Below, one piece after another: positions 39,088-51,379 of a stretch of 64,000 nucleotides of DNA. The position numbers and the translations under genes are program-made. The notes beneath the pieces are model-generated. The model ran no database searches, was not told where the DNA came from, and worked only from the letters and a program-made list of their open reading frames with translations. How positions within the stretch are numbered: position 1 is the first letter of the stretch; the number at the start of each line of letters is the position of its first letter. Source of the DNA: Camelus dromedarius (lineage: Eukaryota); contig NC_087437.1 of NCBI RefSeq assembly GCF_036321535.1, forward strand, positions 106,580,001 through 106,644,000. Direction: 5' to 3'.

Positions 39088-40573
39088 CAATAATAATAAG
39101 TAAATTTTTAAAATAAAGTTTCTCAAATTATATAAACTACATGACCCTTAGAAAACTATGCCCAACTTAAAGAACAAGATTTTCTTACATTTTCAAGTTC
39201 TAGCTAATATAATTAAAACAAATTTTCAAACTTACATGATATAAATTACCACCCACTCTTTTGATGGGGAAAAAAAAGAATTTCAAAATATGACCAGGGT
39301 AATGTGTGAGAAATATATACTCAAACACATACTGGCTACTCTTTCTGTTTGTCATGATCGGTCAACAACAAACTGTCAACTGTTTTTCTGAAGGCAGTCT
39401 TTGAAATGATAAGATAAAATATTTTCTTTGACGAACACTTCAAAATAAAAAAGGAAAGAAATGTCAAGACTTAAGATGATCAAACTTGAACTATGCTTTT
39501 GACTACTCTTAAAGAGAACCAAGGGTTCAAAAAGAAACGAAGAAAATAAAACCAAAAGTAGTTCACGAGGAACCATGATACTGTAGACATTTCCTTAAGA
39601 CGGAGCCATGTACAATATGTAAATAAATCTTCAGATGCTGATAAAATGTTTACTATAAACCTCAAACACCCCCTAATGTGGCTGGTTATATCAAGCCTGG
39701 TCAAGGCTCCAAGTTTTTCTCCCATATCTTATTTCATCACATACTTTTGGGTAAGTATCTTCATTTGTCCACATCTAGAAAACTGAAGTGAGTAAGAAAA
39801 TAGATAAGTAATAAGATGAATTTTAAAACGGCAGTCCCATTTTTACTGATGTAAGTATATTAAGGCTTAATTTCCTCTTTTCCATAGATGTTTCCATTCT
39901 GTTTTAATAATAGGTGCACATAAACAGACCTGAAAGGCTGTATAGCAACAGAAAAGGTAGAGAAATCTAGCTCAAAAAAGATTCTCAGGATCACCCTCTT
40001 TTCTAAAAACTTCAAAGTTTGTTTTATCTGCTGTTCCTTTCAAAGAACAAGCACAACAACAAAGGTGCTTTAGGCAAGTCTCTAGAAAACATCAAAGATG
40101 CTTCACCAGCGGAGAGAGTAAACTGACACTGCCATCACTACCCACCGAGCCACTGGAATTAGCCCTGTTTCCATCACTCTGATTGGAAGGATCTCCAGGA
40201 ACAGGAGTCTAAACCACCTTGGTACAATCCACCAGTGTGAAGGCTTAGCTCTTGGGTGTTCCTGCCATAAAAATAAAATAGCATTCCCCATCTCCTCCTC
40301 CATCACTCCCCAAAGATATGCTTCCTGAGCAGATAAGGAGAAGTGGGCAAAAGCCAAAAACCTTCTCTAATTGTTTATGAAGAATCTTTCCTTTGGTTTG
40401 GTTCAACAAGTTTATTAATCTACCCACTTCCCTCTGTATCCTTTTGTATTGTATTCCCTCTGCATCCCAGAATGCCAATTATTACCCAATACCCTACCGT
40501 TCCTTTATCAGAAGAAAACCTGGAACGTACTCCTGGTGGCAATACTCCCAGCTAACAGACCGCATGTACCAGA

Positions 40574-40700
40574 CCACAGCCATCAATGGCTACCCCCATT
40601 TTAGGAACATCTGGCTACAAGATGAAGCAGACATTGACAATGTCTCTTAAACCTAACTGATCCATAGCCATCAATGGTTACCCCCATTTTAGGAACATCT
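40574..40700. repeat. Two 39-bp direct repeats separated by 49 bp
   Basis: ccacagccatcaatggctacccccattttaggaacatct (40574-40612) and ccatagccatcaatggttacccccattttaggaacatct (40662-40700), 37/39 identical. Confidence 0.95.
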
Positions 40701-40704
40701 AAAA

Positions 40705-41120
40705 GTGCCCCATTGCTGAGAAAATGAAATTCAAACTCATCAAGGCATCCAAAGCTCTTAACCTCCATACCATCTCCTCCATCTACATTTCCATGGCTTC
40801 CTCTTTTATCCCATCTACACCCTTGCTGTTCCTTCTATCTGTAAAGCTCTACCATGCCCCAGTTAACCTCCACTCATCCTTAAAACTCAGTTCAAATGCT
40901 GCCAGCCTTCTCTATGAAGACTTTGTACCTTCGGCCATTGTGGCCTTTGGCCCACTGTACCTAATTACTTCTCCATCTCTTTCTTCCCCTGTCAGGCTGC
41001 GAATTCTTCAAGGAACAGACTGAGTCCCTTCTCTGTTTACTCACAGTCCCAAGAAGATTCTACGGCTCCTGTCACCCAGAAACACAGAAGGCATCCAGTA
41101 TGCGTCCAAAAAATGAATGA
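40705..41120 (+). mobile_element. L2 3' fragment
   Basis: cccattgctgagaaaatgaaattcaaactc...cactcatccttaaaactcagttcaaatg...aaatgaatga. Confidence 0.65.
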
Positions 41121-43064
41121 TATTTTTAAAAATTCAAGGAAAGTAGGAGAAAAATGCAGTGAGATAAAAAATTAATAATAATGAAAAATCATAACTCCAA
41201 ATCAGTGTCAGTATCACAGAAGGCAATCACAAATGCCCTGAGAAAATTTGGACTAGAGACAAAACAGGTGAACACATTATACAAACAGCCAATTAAACAT
41301 CCTGCATTAAACTTCCCCCTCATCTGCTAACAGAAGAATTGATCGATGGGTTTGGGTTTGTGTCTCACATGCTACATTTCTGAGATGAATGAGCAAAAGA
41401 CCATGAAGGTACATGTCAGATTTTTTTTACGTATAAATAATTTAACAATGGTAATAAACCCTTAGAATGATATTTTAACCAATGTCTTTTGTTTTCCTCC
41501 AGGAAAAAAAAATGCTAAAATGTTTTTCTCTTTATTGGCTATTTATGAAATCAATAAATACAACTAAAAACACACACACAGAAACTGCCAACAAACAGAG
41601 TACTTCCCAGCTGTGTCCTTATAAACACCACCTAGAAAATTCACAAAGATACAAACTTAACCTTCGAATCCAGGCTCACAAAAGTGAAGTGAAATATTCA
41701 AATGGCAAGTAAAGACAAAGGACGAAATTACCTAGGAATTGGGTGGGTCTGCTTCCTATTTGTTTACTTAAGTGTGTCCTCCCTGTCATTACTCGTCGTT
41801 ATCTTTGTCCTGGATATCTCCAAAGGCATGTTGGTTAATTACTCAGTTGCAAGTTCCCAGGACTTACACTGTCTTAAGATCGCTCCATCTAGCAGGCTGT
41901 CTCAGCCATCCAGTCACATGGCCATGCTCAGAGGATTCCCTCTGATCATACTTCACTGAACAAGTATGCAGTGATTCCAAAATTATAATTTGGTCACAAA
42001 TGTACTCTTGAAAGGAGCCCTTCACAATTCCTTAAACTAACAGCAATATGTAAGCTGCCTTCCTGTTCAGTCATCCTACCAGCCAAGGACCTGTCCCACA
42101 CAAAACCACCACAGGATTCTAAAATTTAGTTTACTTTCAATGGATTTAAAATTTCTGGGTTCTGTGATTTAAGAGGATTTGACACTTGACACAAAACATT
42201 AAAAACAAGTCTGAGAAAACACTGGCAAGACACAAGGCTAATTATAATGACCTCAATTAGATTTTCAGTGCCCGTCTAGTTAATAGCACATAGTGGCACT
42301 GGTTTCAGGCCTTGAATTTGAAGAGTTCTTTAAGAGAATATGAGTAACAGAATTTCAATTTTTTCTTAAAGGGCCAATTTCTATCCTGGTTCACACTGAA
42401 TTAACAAGTGGATGTTAGCTGAAAAATGGCCAAAAGCAGCAAACTGAAAAAACACAATGATAATGAAATTTTCATTTTGATAGCCACTCAATTTCATTCT
42501 AACACACAATGTATTCTTTCTGAATTCCACCCTCTTCTTCAAAGAAAATCATTTCTAGTTACCCTCAACTGAAAGTGTGCCAGCCAGAGGGCTGGTGGAA
42601 TATTTCAAAAACAAGGCCTTTTTTGCTGAGTGAGCTGAATTTCTGAAATGAAGAGTTGCCAATGAAGTTATTGAGCATTTATGAAATCTTTTCACAATAA
42701 AATGCTCTAGAAAAGGCTGAAAAATGAATCTTACTAAAGAGGCTTTTATTTTTTTCTGTACACATGTAGTTAGGTGTCATTCACAATCTTTTTAAACATA
42801 AGAGAAGTTAATTCAACTGCCAAGAATCAAGTACATAATTTTTCATCACTAAAGTATAAAATTCCTAGAGTATTCATTTAAAACATTTAACAAACACTTA
42901 GTAAATACTACTAGGCATTGTCGTTGAGTGGGGAAACAAATTATAGGAAACAGTTTGGGATCACAGGCAATATCAACTTCTCTGCTCCACCATTTTTGTT
43001 TTTAATATCTAACCACCAAAGTAGATCCCTTGTCCCCAGGTATTGTTTTACATCACAGTGACTA

Positions 43065-43315
43065 AATAGCTCTCTCCTCCAGGTATCTAAGTTAACATTT
43101 GGGTGGTGCCTAGATCAGAGAACTTTTCTGATAATATCACATAAAATACCACACTCACAGCCAACTGCCATCTAGCAAACCCCTACCCCCTTACCCAACT
43201 TAATTTTTCCCAAGTCCCCTACTATTTGCTGTTTATTCTGTCTGCCTCTCATTAGATTGTAAGTTCCTCTGAGGGGAAGGACCTAAAAAGTATTGGTTAA
43301 ACAAAGGAGTGAATT
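43065..43315 (+). mobile_element. L2 3' fragment
   Basis: tttattctgtctgcctctcattagattgtaagttcctctgaggggaaggac. Confidence 0.6.
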
Positions 43316-45854
43316 TTCCTTTTCTGGGTGTGCCCATAAAAATCTAGGTTTCTGTTAACACTTTTCTATAGAAATTTGATTTTAATTTTAAACTGCTAAT
43401 TCATTTCATATGTAAGTATCTGAATAAATTATTCTTAGAATGATCAGTCTGCATATTTGCAAGTTTCTATGGGAGTTCTTTAAGAACTCATCACATATCT
43501 TAAAACCAATATACCGCAATGATAAGCCTGTATTTGTTTTAAATAAACCGTAACAAGCAATTAAGAGCATCAACATGAGGAATATTTGCTCTCAAATATC
43601 ATTTCTCGTATGGTAAGATTTATGTTAGTCTCTGAAGAGTTAGGCTAAGATTTCGAAAAATTTGCATCAGTTTTAAGGCTCAACCTTCAAAGTAGAAAAG
43701 GACTCTTTTTTTGAAAGACAAAAAAATCAATAAATATGGTTACAAAGTAGTACTTAGCTATCTGTATCATGTGTGCCTGTTAATTCCATTACAAAATGAC
43801 TGAGTCGTGCTATTTATAAAAACAATAATTATGTTTTTGAAAAGCCATCCCATAGAAAGAGCAAACATAAAAAGTCCTTTTTTGAAGTAACCAAGCCTCA
43901 ATAGACCATACTATTGTCTTCATTTTTGACTAAAAATAAAAATTATGTTGTCTTGTTAATTTTACTGTAATCAAGCATGTGCAGACAAGAGAAACAACAA
44001 ACGAGTTTGTGGTCACTGAGGGGGTAAGAGGTCAGGTCTAAAGTGTATAACTGCATCTCAAAAGTAGAATTAAACCTGTCTTTATTCCTGTAAAATGTCT
44101 CCATGGGGTCAAAACATATCACAGCCATTAAGGCTCTGAAATTTAACAAAGCAACAAGAGTAATAATGCATTTCTTCATCTAATACAAAATGACTTTTCT
44201 TGATAGAGCAGACCTCTTATTCTCCTAAGCATTCTTTGAGGCTGAAAGTAATTTGTCTTAATCATCTAGGATGCCTAACATCCTCTAGTGAAGATAGTAT
44301 GCAGATTTCTATGGAAGCGAACTGAGCACATAGGACAAATTAGATTCTCTACAAACGAGAATAAGGCAAAGAACAATCTCATAGCAGCAAGAAAAAAAAA
44401 TCACTCAAAATTTTTTTCGTACTGAAATTTCTCAGCTAAAAATCATCTCAACTTGGGAAGGAAAAATAAAAAGAGACAGAGAGACCCTCTGGAAATTAGA
44501 AGATACCAACACTGGGGTGCATCACTACTCAGACCTTAAGAATTCTAGAACTTGTTCATCTACAAAACAAGCTTACTGTTCTATTTCCTTTTCTGAAATG
44601 TTTATCTTGCTTATTCCTTGCCCCTGCGCATTGACCCTACTATGTGGTTGTGGTACCTTCATTCCTCACTGTATCTACTCTGTGTACGACGTTCAAACAC
44701 AGCTACATTAATTATCTCCTCCTACTTGAATCCACTTATTTTGATTGAGCAGGACAAGGATAAATACCTGAGCTGGTGTGAGTTAAAAAAAAAAAAACCC
44801 ATATAGATTCCTTGGGACTTGGCTTATTGATTCTTCAATGTGTTAATCATACCTTAACCACAGTATTACTAATTTAGGGTATTCTCAAATATCGTTAGCC
44901 TAATTTTGAAACTGAGATTGAAAAACCTTTTATTTTATAATGAGGAAAGTATGCTGATTTAAAAAAGGATGCCTTTTAATTAAGCAGTAGATCAGGATAA
45001 AGTTTCAGAGCTTACCATCATCTGGCTAGTAATATAATTCATTTTATTTTGTAAACTGATTTCTTACATAAAGGCTATCTTCTCAAGCAGTCTGCTTTTT
45101 GGTTTCCTCGCCCTCTGATGAAGATCATTTCAAGCATTTAGGTAAGATCAAAATTCTTTTGCTGGCATTTGAAATCTTCTATTTCTGCCTAGATTGGCAA
45201 AACATGTTTATTCATTTTTCTAGAATAGGCTTTGCTTAAAACTAAACCAAGTTATTCACAGCTCTGCACATAGCTGATAGTCAACCAATAGCTGAGTTAA
45301 TAATTGAGCCAGAATATAAACTTGCCCAATATCAGACATGTGTAGCAAGCTGCCAGGGTGTGCAAACATTTAAAACAGGTCTTTCCCATTTGCGTAATGA
45401 GTGCTTACACTTTTTACACATTTCTGTACTGTTCAAGTTTTTCTACGAGCATGAATTGTTTTAATGGTTTTCCAAAAAGCCAAATGAAATATAAAATACC
45501 TATGAATATTTCATCAATGAAATTTTATAACATGTATTTAAAAAATTTTATATGTGGTAAAAATCTTATCTGCAATGTCTTTTTTAAAATTTCAATCAAA
45601 TTCACTCATTCTTTTCATGAACATACTGCCAAATGCCTGCAATAATCTTAACTGGTTAGCAAGTGCATCAGTCAATAAGTGAAACATCATATACCCTTTT
45701 TTTAACTTTCAACAGCGTATGAGATTCAATATATCTATTTCACATCATCATAAACAGTAATTGTAACTAACATGGAGTTTTCATAATGTGTCATGTTTTA
45801 TATATATATATATATATACACATATATATATGTGCGTGTATATATATAAACTCA

Positions 45855-46045
45855 TATACTACTCCAAGCAATTTACACATACATTAACTCTATCTTCAAC
45901 AACCATACGCAATATTATCCCCATTTTACAAAGGGAAAAACTGAGACACGAGCAGGCCCACAGTCAATAGCTCAAAAGGGCCGGAGCCAGGATTTATGCC
46001 CAGTCATTCCTGGCTCGGTCCAGGCTCTTGATCACTGCGGGATGC
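45855..46045 (-). mobile_element. MIR
   Basis: tattatccccattttacaaagggaaaaactgagacac...gagccaggattt. Confidence 0.75.
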
Positions 46046-47129
46046 TACCTTCCCTGAACACGTGAGAAACCCCACAACTTGGCTGCTGGCCTGACATCAC
46101 ATTGATGTCGAAACCAAGGCTATAAATGTAGGAACAATTCCACTTTCCAGAGAGCTGGCTTTTAAAAGCCTCTCATTTTCCCCATTTCAACCACTACCTT
46201 CTTTCATAAAATACTATAATCCTAGCAATGCTCAAGCTAAATCTCTACTGCATGTTTCTTCCAAATATAGCCCCACAAAGTCTAAATAAAATGGCCCCTG
46301 AGTTCTCCATCTCAGCTAAGATTTCATACTGAATTCTCTGTATTCCACGTTGAAGTCAGCTAACTAACCTATCAGGCATCTGTTTTTCAGAGAAGTATTA
46401 GTTCATGAACGTGTCCAGGCTGTTTTTTTTTTTAATGAATTACTTTATTCCTAGAGTCATTCGAATCCAGTTTGGGGTAGATTTCTACTTCTAAAAAGGT
46501 ACCAGTAAGGCATATCTATTAACCATTAATCTGAAGAAGAAAATTCACCAGGTATCTTTTCCAAAGAAAAAAAATTCACCAGGTTATCTTATTTACCAGA
46601 TAGTGACCTCACTGAAACGGTTATTTCTTAAACTATCCACATTAAACTGCAGGCATAGTTACATAACATTGTCCTCTTCACTATGGTTTCCATTTCCAAA
46701 CCTAGTTTGAGGGTTCAGATACTCTTTGCTTTTCATTAACAACAATAATAAAAATTAAGAAATAGATATTTTCTTGCTTAAACGTGCTACTCATTCAGGT
46801 CTGCTCAGTGCTTCACTTTGGCCACCTCCACCTGCCACCTCTGTCTTCCTCCAGCCACTCATGAGGGTGTAACTGGATACTGGCTGAGAGACACAGGGTG
46901 ACAGTGCTCCCAAGGATGTGCAGAAGATTGGGTGAGCAATTCCCACTCCATACATTTGTATGTGAGGTCCCACTAGGAAAAGGAAACCATTTTATAGTCA
47001 AGTAGAACCCAGAGAGGTAGAAAACTACCAGGAAAAACAAAACAAAACAAAACAGAAAATGAGTGAAGTACTTTATTTTCCCCACCCTCCTTGTTGCTGC
47101 TCAGTGAATCATGTCTTTCCTCTCGGACT

Positions 47130-47425
47130 CACTCCCTCAGCCAAGGTCCTACTGAAGATGCTGCCTTTAGCCCCTCAGCTCCCCACTGGGACTTCCCTGC
47201 TCCTCTCCACAGTGTACCCTGCACTCTCCCTTTCCGTCAAGGCATCTGTCACTGCTCATGAACACACGTTTATAATGATTCTTTTATTCTCTGTCTTCCC
47301 TCCATGACTGGAAGCTTCCTGAAGCAAAAGACTGTTTGGTTCACCACACTATCTTCAGGGCTGCAGGACAGAGCTTGGCTCAAAATGAGAAGCAATAAAA
47401 AATGTTCCAAATGAATAGATGGAGA
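47130..47425 (+). mobile_element. L2 3' end
   Basis: ctgtcttccctccatgactggaagcttcctgaagcaaaagactg...caataaaaatgttccaaatgaatagatgg. Confidence 0.7.
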
Positions 47426-47471
47426 GACTAAGAAAATCAAATCCCACACTTGTTCCACCCGCACCCTCAGG

Positions 47472-47474
<3 letters not shown>

Positions 47475-47510
<36 letters not shown>
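47475..47510. repeat. Perfect (TG)18 microsatellite
   Basis: Uninterrupted TG dinucleotides. Confidence 0.97.
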
Positions 47511-47512
<2 letters not shown>

Positions 47513-50500
47513 TCAGAGTGGAAAAGTGGACAGAGGTAGGTAAACAAATACTGTAACTGCAAAGACTTAATCACCCTTCCCAGGACCTGAGATACAAACC
47601 TGGCTGAAAATGAACCACCAGGCAATTCTCCAGGATTATCTCATCCTCCTGTTTCTTCATTCCTTAAATATAGATGTTTAAACTGCTAATAGTTTTACTC
47701 AGGATATGGCTTAATTTGTACTTTCCTCTTGGTGCTTAACACTTTGTGTTTTCTTTTGTAATCATGTGCCTGTCTTATTTACTCTGCAAACTTCCTGGGG
47801 ATCAGGGAACGAGGGTGGGGAGAAATAAGGTGTATGCAAGCCAAATTAAACCTTACGTCCTGGAGCTTAACTTTTAAAGTACATTTATAAGGTTTATCTT
47901 TGCATTTGTAATTGACATAACGAGGCAGAGTCAAAGAAGTGCATTAATGAAAGATGTTTTTTAGTCTCTTAAGGTAACACATGTCCCCACCTAGGTTAGA
48001 ATTACATTTCTACTGAATTTTACCACATTCCTTAGTGGCAGTTTAACAGCCACCTAAAAGGCACATGATAGCTCTGCTTCTTTCTAGAATGATCGACAAC
48101 CTTCATCTTCATACCAGTATCTGTCTAGAAGTCTCTAGTAAGCCATAAACAGTAATAAAAATCAGGGCTCCTCCACCAACAGGGAGAAAGCCTTTTCCAC
48201 AAAGAAAACCTCTCCATTTTTTTCTTTGACCCAATATTTAGTGGATCACATTCTTTTTTTTCCTTTTTTTCTTTTTACAATCAGTCATTCCTAATTTAAC
48301 CCTGTGATCCTTAGTTACACGTGCCTCTTCACTCTCCCAATCAGCACCAGGGATCATCAGTCTGCCTGGAGTCCTTCTCTGCAGTACTAATGGCCTCCCA
48401 AGTGCCCATCAGGCGCCTCTGCTGGTTGGGGTGACAAGGGAGCAGCTCTGGTGCCCTGTGGTTATTGTGGCTTCCCACGGATCAGCAAGGACCAGGACTC
48501 CTTACAGCCCACCATCAAATCTGAGCATCCCTGTGTTGTGCCAAGGCACCTACTGTTAGCACAGTCCTAGTCAGTGTGAGTAGGGATCTGGAATCTGTGA
48601 ATTAGCACCGCTATCAAAGCAGATAATTGTGACTAGGTTAAACCCCACAACACAGGAAAATAAAACTTAAGAGGAAGCAAGTTTAAATCAACAAACATCC
48701 GGGCCCTTTTAACGCCTCTTCTTTCACTATGCCAGGGAAAATCATCCGCTCAGGTAATCACATTTCCCCCAGAAGAAGCCGAGGCCCCATTATCACTGCC
48801 CTTATTCATTTCTTTTTTCGAGCCATCTGCAGTAGACCTATTTTCTAAGCCCTGCAAGAGACAGGCAACTCATAATTACATCTTTTCAGAGGACAGAGAT
48901 TTAGCTGGATAAATCCCCCTCAAACCTCGTTAGAGTGAATTGCCTACCCTTCCATTAATGCTTTGCAAATGAACCAATGTGAATCTGATCTCCACCCTTT
49001 GAAGGAGGTGACAGTAACCAGTGAAAATGTCCAAAACGATGGCAGAAGGAGCAAAACATGCAATCAAACCAGCTAAAAAAGAAGTCTGAATCATACCTGC
49101 CTGCACTCTGCCTTCTTTCACATGGAAAAAATGTTGTTCCAAAAGTTAAAAATTTACATTTTGGCAAAAGCTTCAAATATAAAGAATATGATATGCTTTT
49201 AATTACTTGTGTTTTTTAATTGTGTGTAAGACAATCAGGAAAACTGAAATAATTGTAGGAGTAAATTTAAATATGGGAAAAACCAGTTTCCTTAATTAAA
49301 TGCATTTTTTAATGGTCAACCAAATTCTTCAACTCTTAAAACAAACTGCCATAACTAGCTCCGAGGAGTTTCCTGAGCCACTTGTAGGTAAAACACAGAA
49401 GGGGAAAAAGTTCAATGACCTTGTAAATTAGGGACTAAAAAGCCACAGTGTGGTTTCACTAGGCTGTGATAGTCAGTAGCCTCAGTGGAATTACAGGAAA
49501 ACAATTGTCCAGAAATTGCTCTTTTGGAAAATTACCATGAGGTAGGGAAAAGGAAGGGGGAAAAAATGGGGAAAGGTGGGGCTACAAAGGGTAAGATACC
49601 GAATGAAAACCCAAACGATGTTAAATACAACCTTTTCTGCCCCAACTATCCACGCAAACAATTTCTAGGCATCTTCAGATAAAAAGGAAAATAGTCATTT
49701 TGCACAGGCGTGAGCTGAATGTTCGAGAGTTGGCTGAATGGGGAAGACTTGTTATACACCTAGTGGTGGGTGGATTTTACCAGGCTGCAGCCTCCACACA
49801 GCTTTTCTTTGCTGCACTGCAGAGGCGCCATCTTCTCCGTCTTAATCTTCACTCAATTCAATCCTTTTTATCTGCACCCTAAAAAAAAAGACCCTGAGGA
49901 CCCTCCCAGCAGCCCACGCCCCCAGAGGAGCTAAACCATAGTGCCCAGCGCTGCCCGGGAAGAAGCCGCGCCTTAATCGCACAAACACCTCCTTTGATGC
50001 ACGGGAGGGGAGAGCTCGTGCCTCCCCACCGCCCGCAACTGCGTTTCCAGACGCACACCCCACTCTCCGCGTATTTCTCCCCAAGGACTTTACAACCAAG
50101 AACGAATTAGCAAGGCTCGGAGGTGATGGGGGTGGGTGGGAAGTAGAGGGGCCTTGAGGCTCCCTAGAGCCGCCCCAACCCCCTCCGGGACAGACGGCGC
50201 AGCGCGGGGAAGGGAGGCAGGCGGAAGCCTCGGTGGCGCACAGACTAACGCGGCTCAGCCTACCGCGCCCCGGGCTGGCGAGGGCGGGGTGTCGCGGCTT
50301 TTGTTCCCGGGGACCTTCTGCCTCTCCAGGCCAATCTGAGGGTGCGAGCGAACGCCGGGGATGTCTTGGCTTGCGGAAGGTACGAGGTGGCTGTGGGTCT
50401 CTGACCCCTCCCATCTCTCGCAACTTAACACAAAAGGGAGACGCAGAAATGTACAAAGTTTGCCTGAGGAGGGTGGTGCGCGACCCTGCTTGTGGTCGCA

Positions 50501-51075
50501 CTCAGGCGGCAGCCCGAGCAGCCGCTAAGAGGAAGGAGGAGGAGGTCGGGCAAGGAAGGGGTGTTGGGGATGCGAAGGGAAGGTGAACCCGGGCGGAAAG
50601 GCAAAGGGAAGTGGGACGGGGGTGCCCAGTTGTCCCGACTCCTCCTTCCCAGGGCCAGAGAGAAAGGGAAGGGCAGAGGTCAAGACTTGGGGATAGGATC
50701 CAGGGACTCTGCGTTTTCGGTTTTCCCCACGTGCTCTCTTCCCCTAGCTCCCCTCTGGATGTCTCTCGCCTCCCCCGGCCCCCAGGCAGGGACTGAGTCG
50801 GGGTCTGAGCTCAGGATCGCCTCTTCTTCTCGCCCCCAACTGGCCCGGACCCAGGCGCCCGAAGCCTAGCCCGCTCACTCTCCGCGGGCCAGAGCGCGCG
50901 TCCCCGGGGCAGGGCTGGGCCAGAGGCGGGGATGCGCAGGGTGCCCGCAAGCGGGGACGTAGGGCACGGAGGGGAGAGGGGGCCCCTCAACTGCCCCCAG
51001 CTTCTCTGGACGAAAGACTTAGAGGGATCGGGTCCCCACCGTACCCCCACCCCCATTCCAAGGCGCGGTACCCAC

Positions 51076-51132
51076 CTCCAGCGCCCGAGCTGTCCAGGCG
51101 GCCAGCAGGACCAGTGCCAAACCGGGCAGCAT
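51076..51132 (-). CDS. APP: APP exon 1 coding part: 57 nt, 19 codons, signal peptide plus first mature residues; phase-0 intron follows
   Basis: Translates MLPGLALVLLAAWTARALE, the recognisable APP N-terminus. Start context GTCGCGATG; ends at GAG|GTGGGT (GT at 51075-51074). Confidence 0.98.
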
Positions 51133-51286
51133 CGCGACCCTGCGCGGGGCACCGAGTGCACTGCTGTGCGAGTGGGATCCGCCGCGCCCTTGCTCTGCCG
51201 GTGTCGCCGCCGCCGCCGCCGCCGTCTCCGATGGCCCCGCGCTCACGCAGCTCCTGGTGCTCTCTCCTACGGCTGCCGAAGAAACT
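51133..51286 (-). other. APP: APP 5' UTR (~154 nt), including the CAGAGC 'CAGA'/IRE-like motif (51192-51197) and a (CGG)6 tract
   Basis: Minus strand reads AGTTTCTTCGGCAGCCGTAGG...GGCAGAGCAAGGGCGCGGCGGATCCCACTCGCACAGCAGTGCACTCGGTGCCCCGCGCAGGGTCGCG, closely matching the human APP leader as recalled. TSS placed by analogy with the human CGTCA(+1)GTT initiator. Confidence 0.88.
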
Positions 51287-51327
51287 GACGGAGCAGCAGC
51301 GAGGCGGCGGGGCTCGGAGCCCGGCGA

Positions 51328-51339
51328 GTCAGCTGATCC
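51328..51339 (-). promoter_or_regulatory. APBalpha element (USF/AP-4 E-box, GGATCAGCTGAC)
   Basis: Exact motif at -42 to -53 from the inferred TSS (51286), the position described for human APP. Confidence 0.9.
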
Positions 51340-51341
51340 GG

Positions 51342-51349
51342 CCCACCCC
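51342..51349 (-). promoter_or_regulatory. GC/GT box (GGGGTGGG), Sp1/KLF site next to APBalpha
   Basis: cccacccc on the + strand, just upstream of the E-box, as in the human proximal promoter. Confidence 0.7.
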
Positions 51350-51367
51350 GCTCGGCACCCGAGAGAG

Positions 51368-51379
51368 ACCCCTAGCGGC
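51368..51379 (-). promoter_or_regulatory. APBbeta element (CTCF site, GCCGCTAGGGGT)
   Basis: Exact motif at -82 to -93, matching the known CTCF-bound APBbeta domain of APP. Confidence 0.92.

Larger units (their letters stand above)
1..51075 (-). other. APP: APP intron 1 (partial; continues past the left edge)
   Basis: Starts at the GTGGGT donor. No exon 2 sequence (VPTDGNAGLLAEPQ...) was seen in the ORF track or by reading. The human intron is recalled as >50 kb. Confidence 0.88.

Noticed and set aside
40574..40700. Repeat-spacer-repeat with a palindromic repeat, resembling a CRISPR array
   Set aside because: Only two copies, in a mammalian intron, with no cas genes; treated as a local duplication.
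48410..48425. CTCF-like CCAGCAGAGGCGCC on the minus strand (similar at ~49815-49830)
   Set aside because: One base short of the CCASYAGRKGGCRS core, which puts the 3' half out of register.
51158..51163. CAGTGC in the APP 5' UTR, matching the canonical IRE hexaloop CAGUGN
   Set aside because: The flanks CACAG and ACTCG cannot form the required 5-bp upper stem.
51019..51246. 75-aa ORF from an upstream in-frame GTG, suggesting an N-terminally extended APP
   Set aside because: Near-cognate start in poor context; the C-terminal part reads through the donor into the intron. Only 51076-51132 is supported as CDS.
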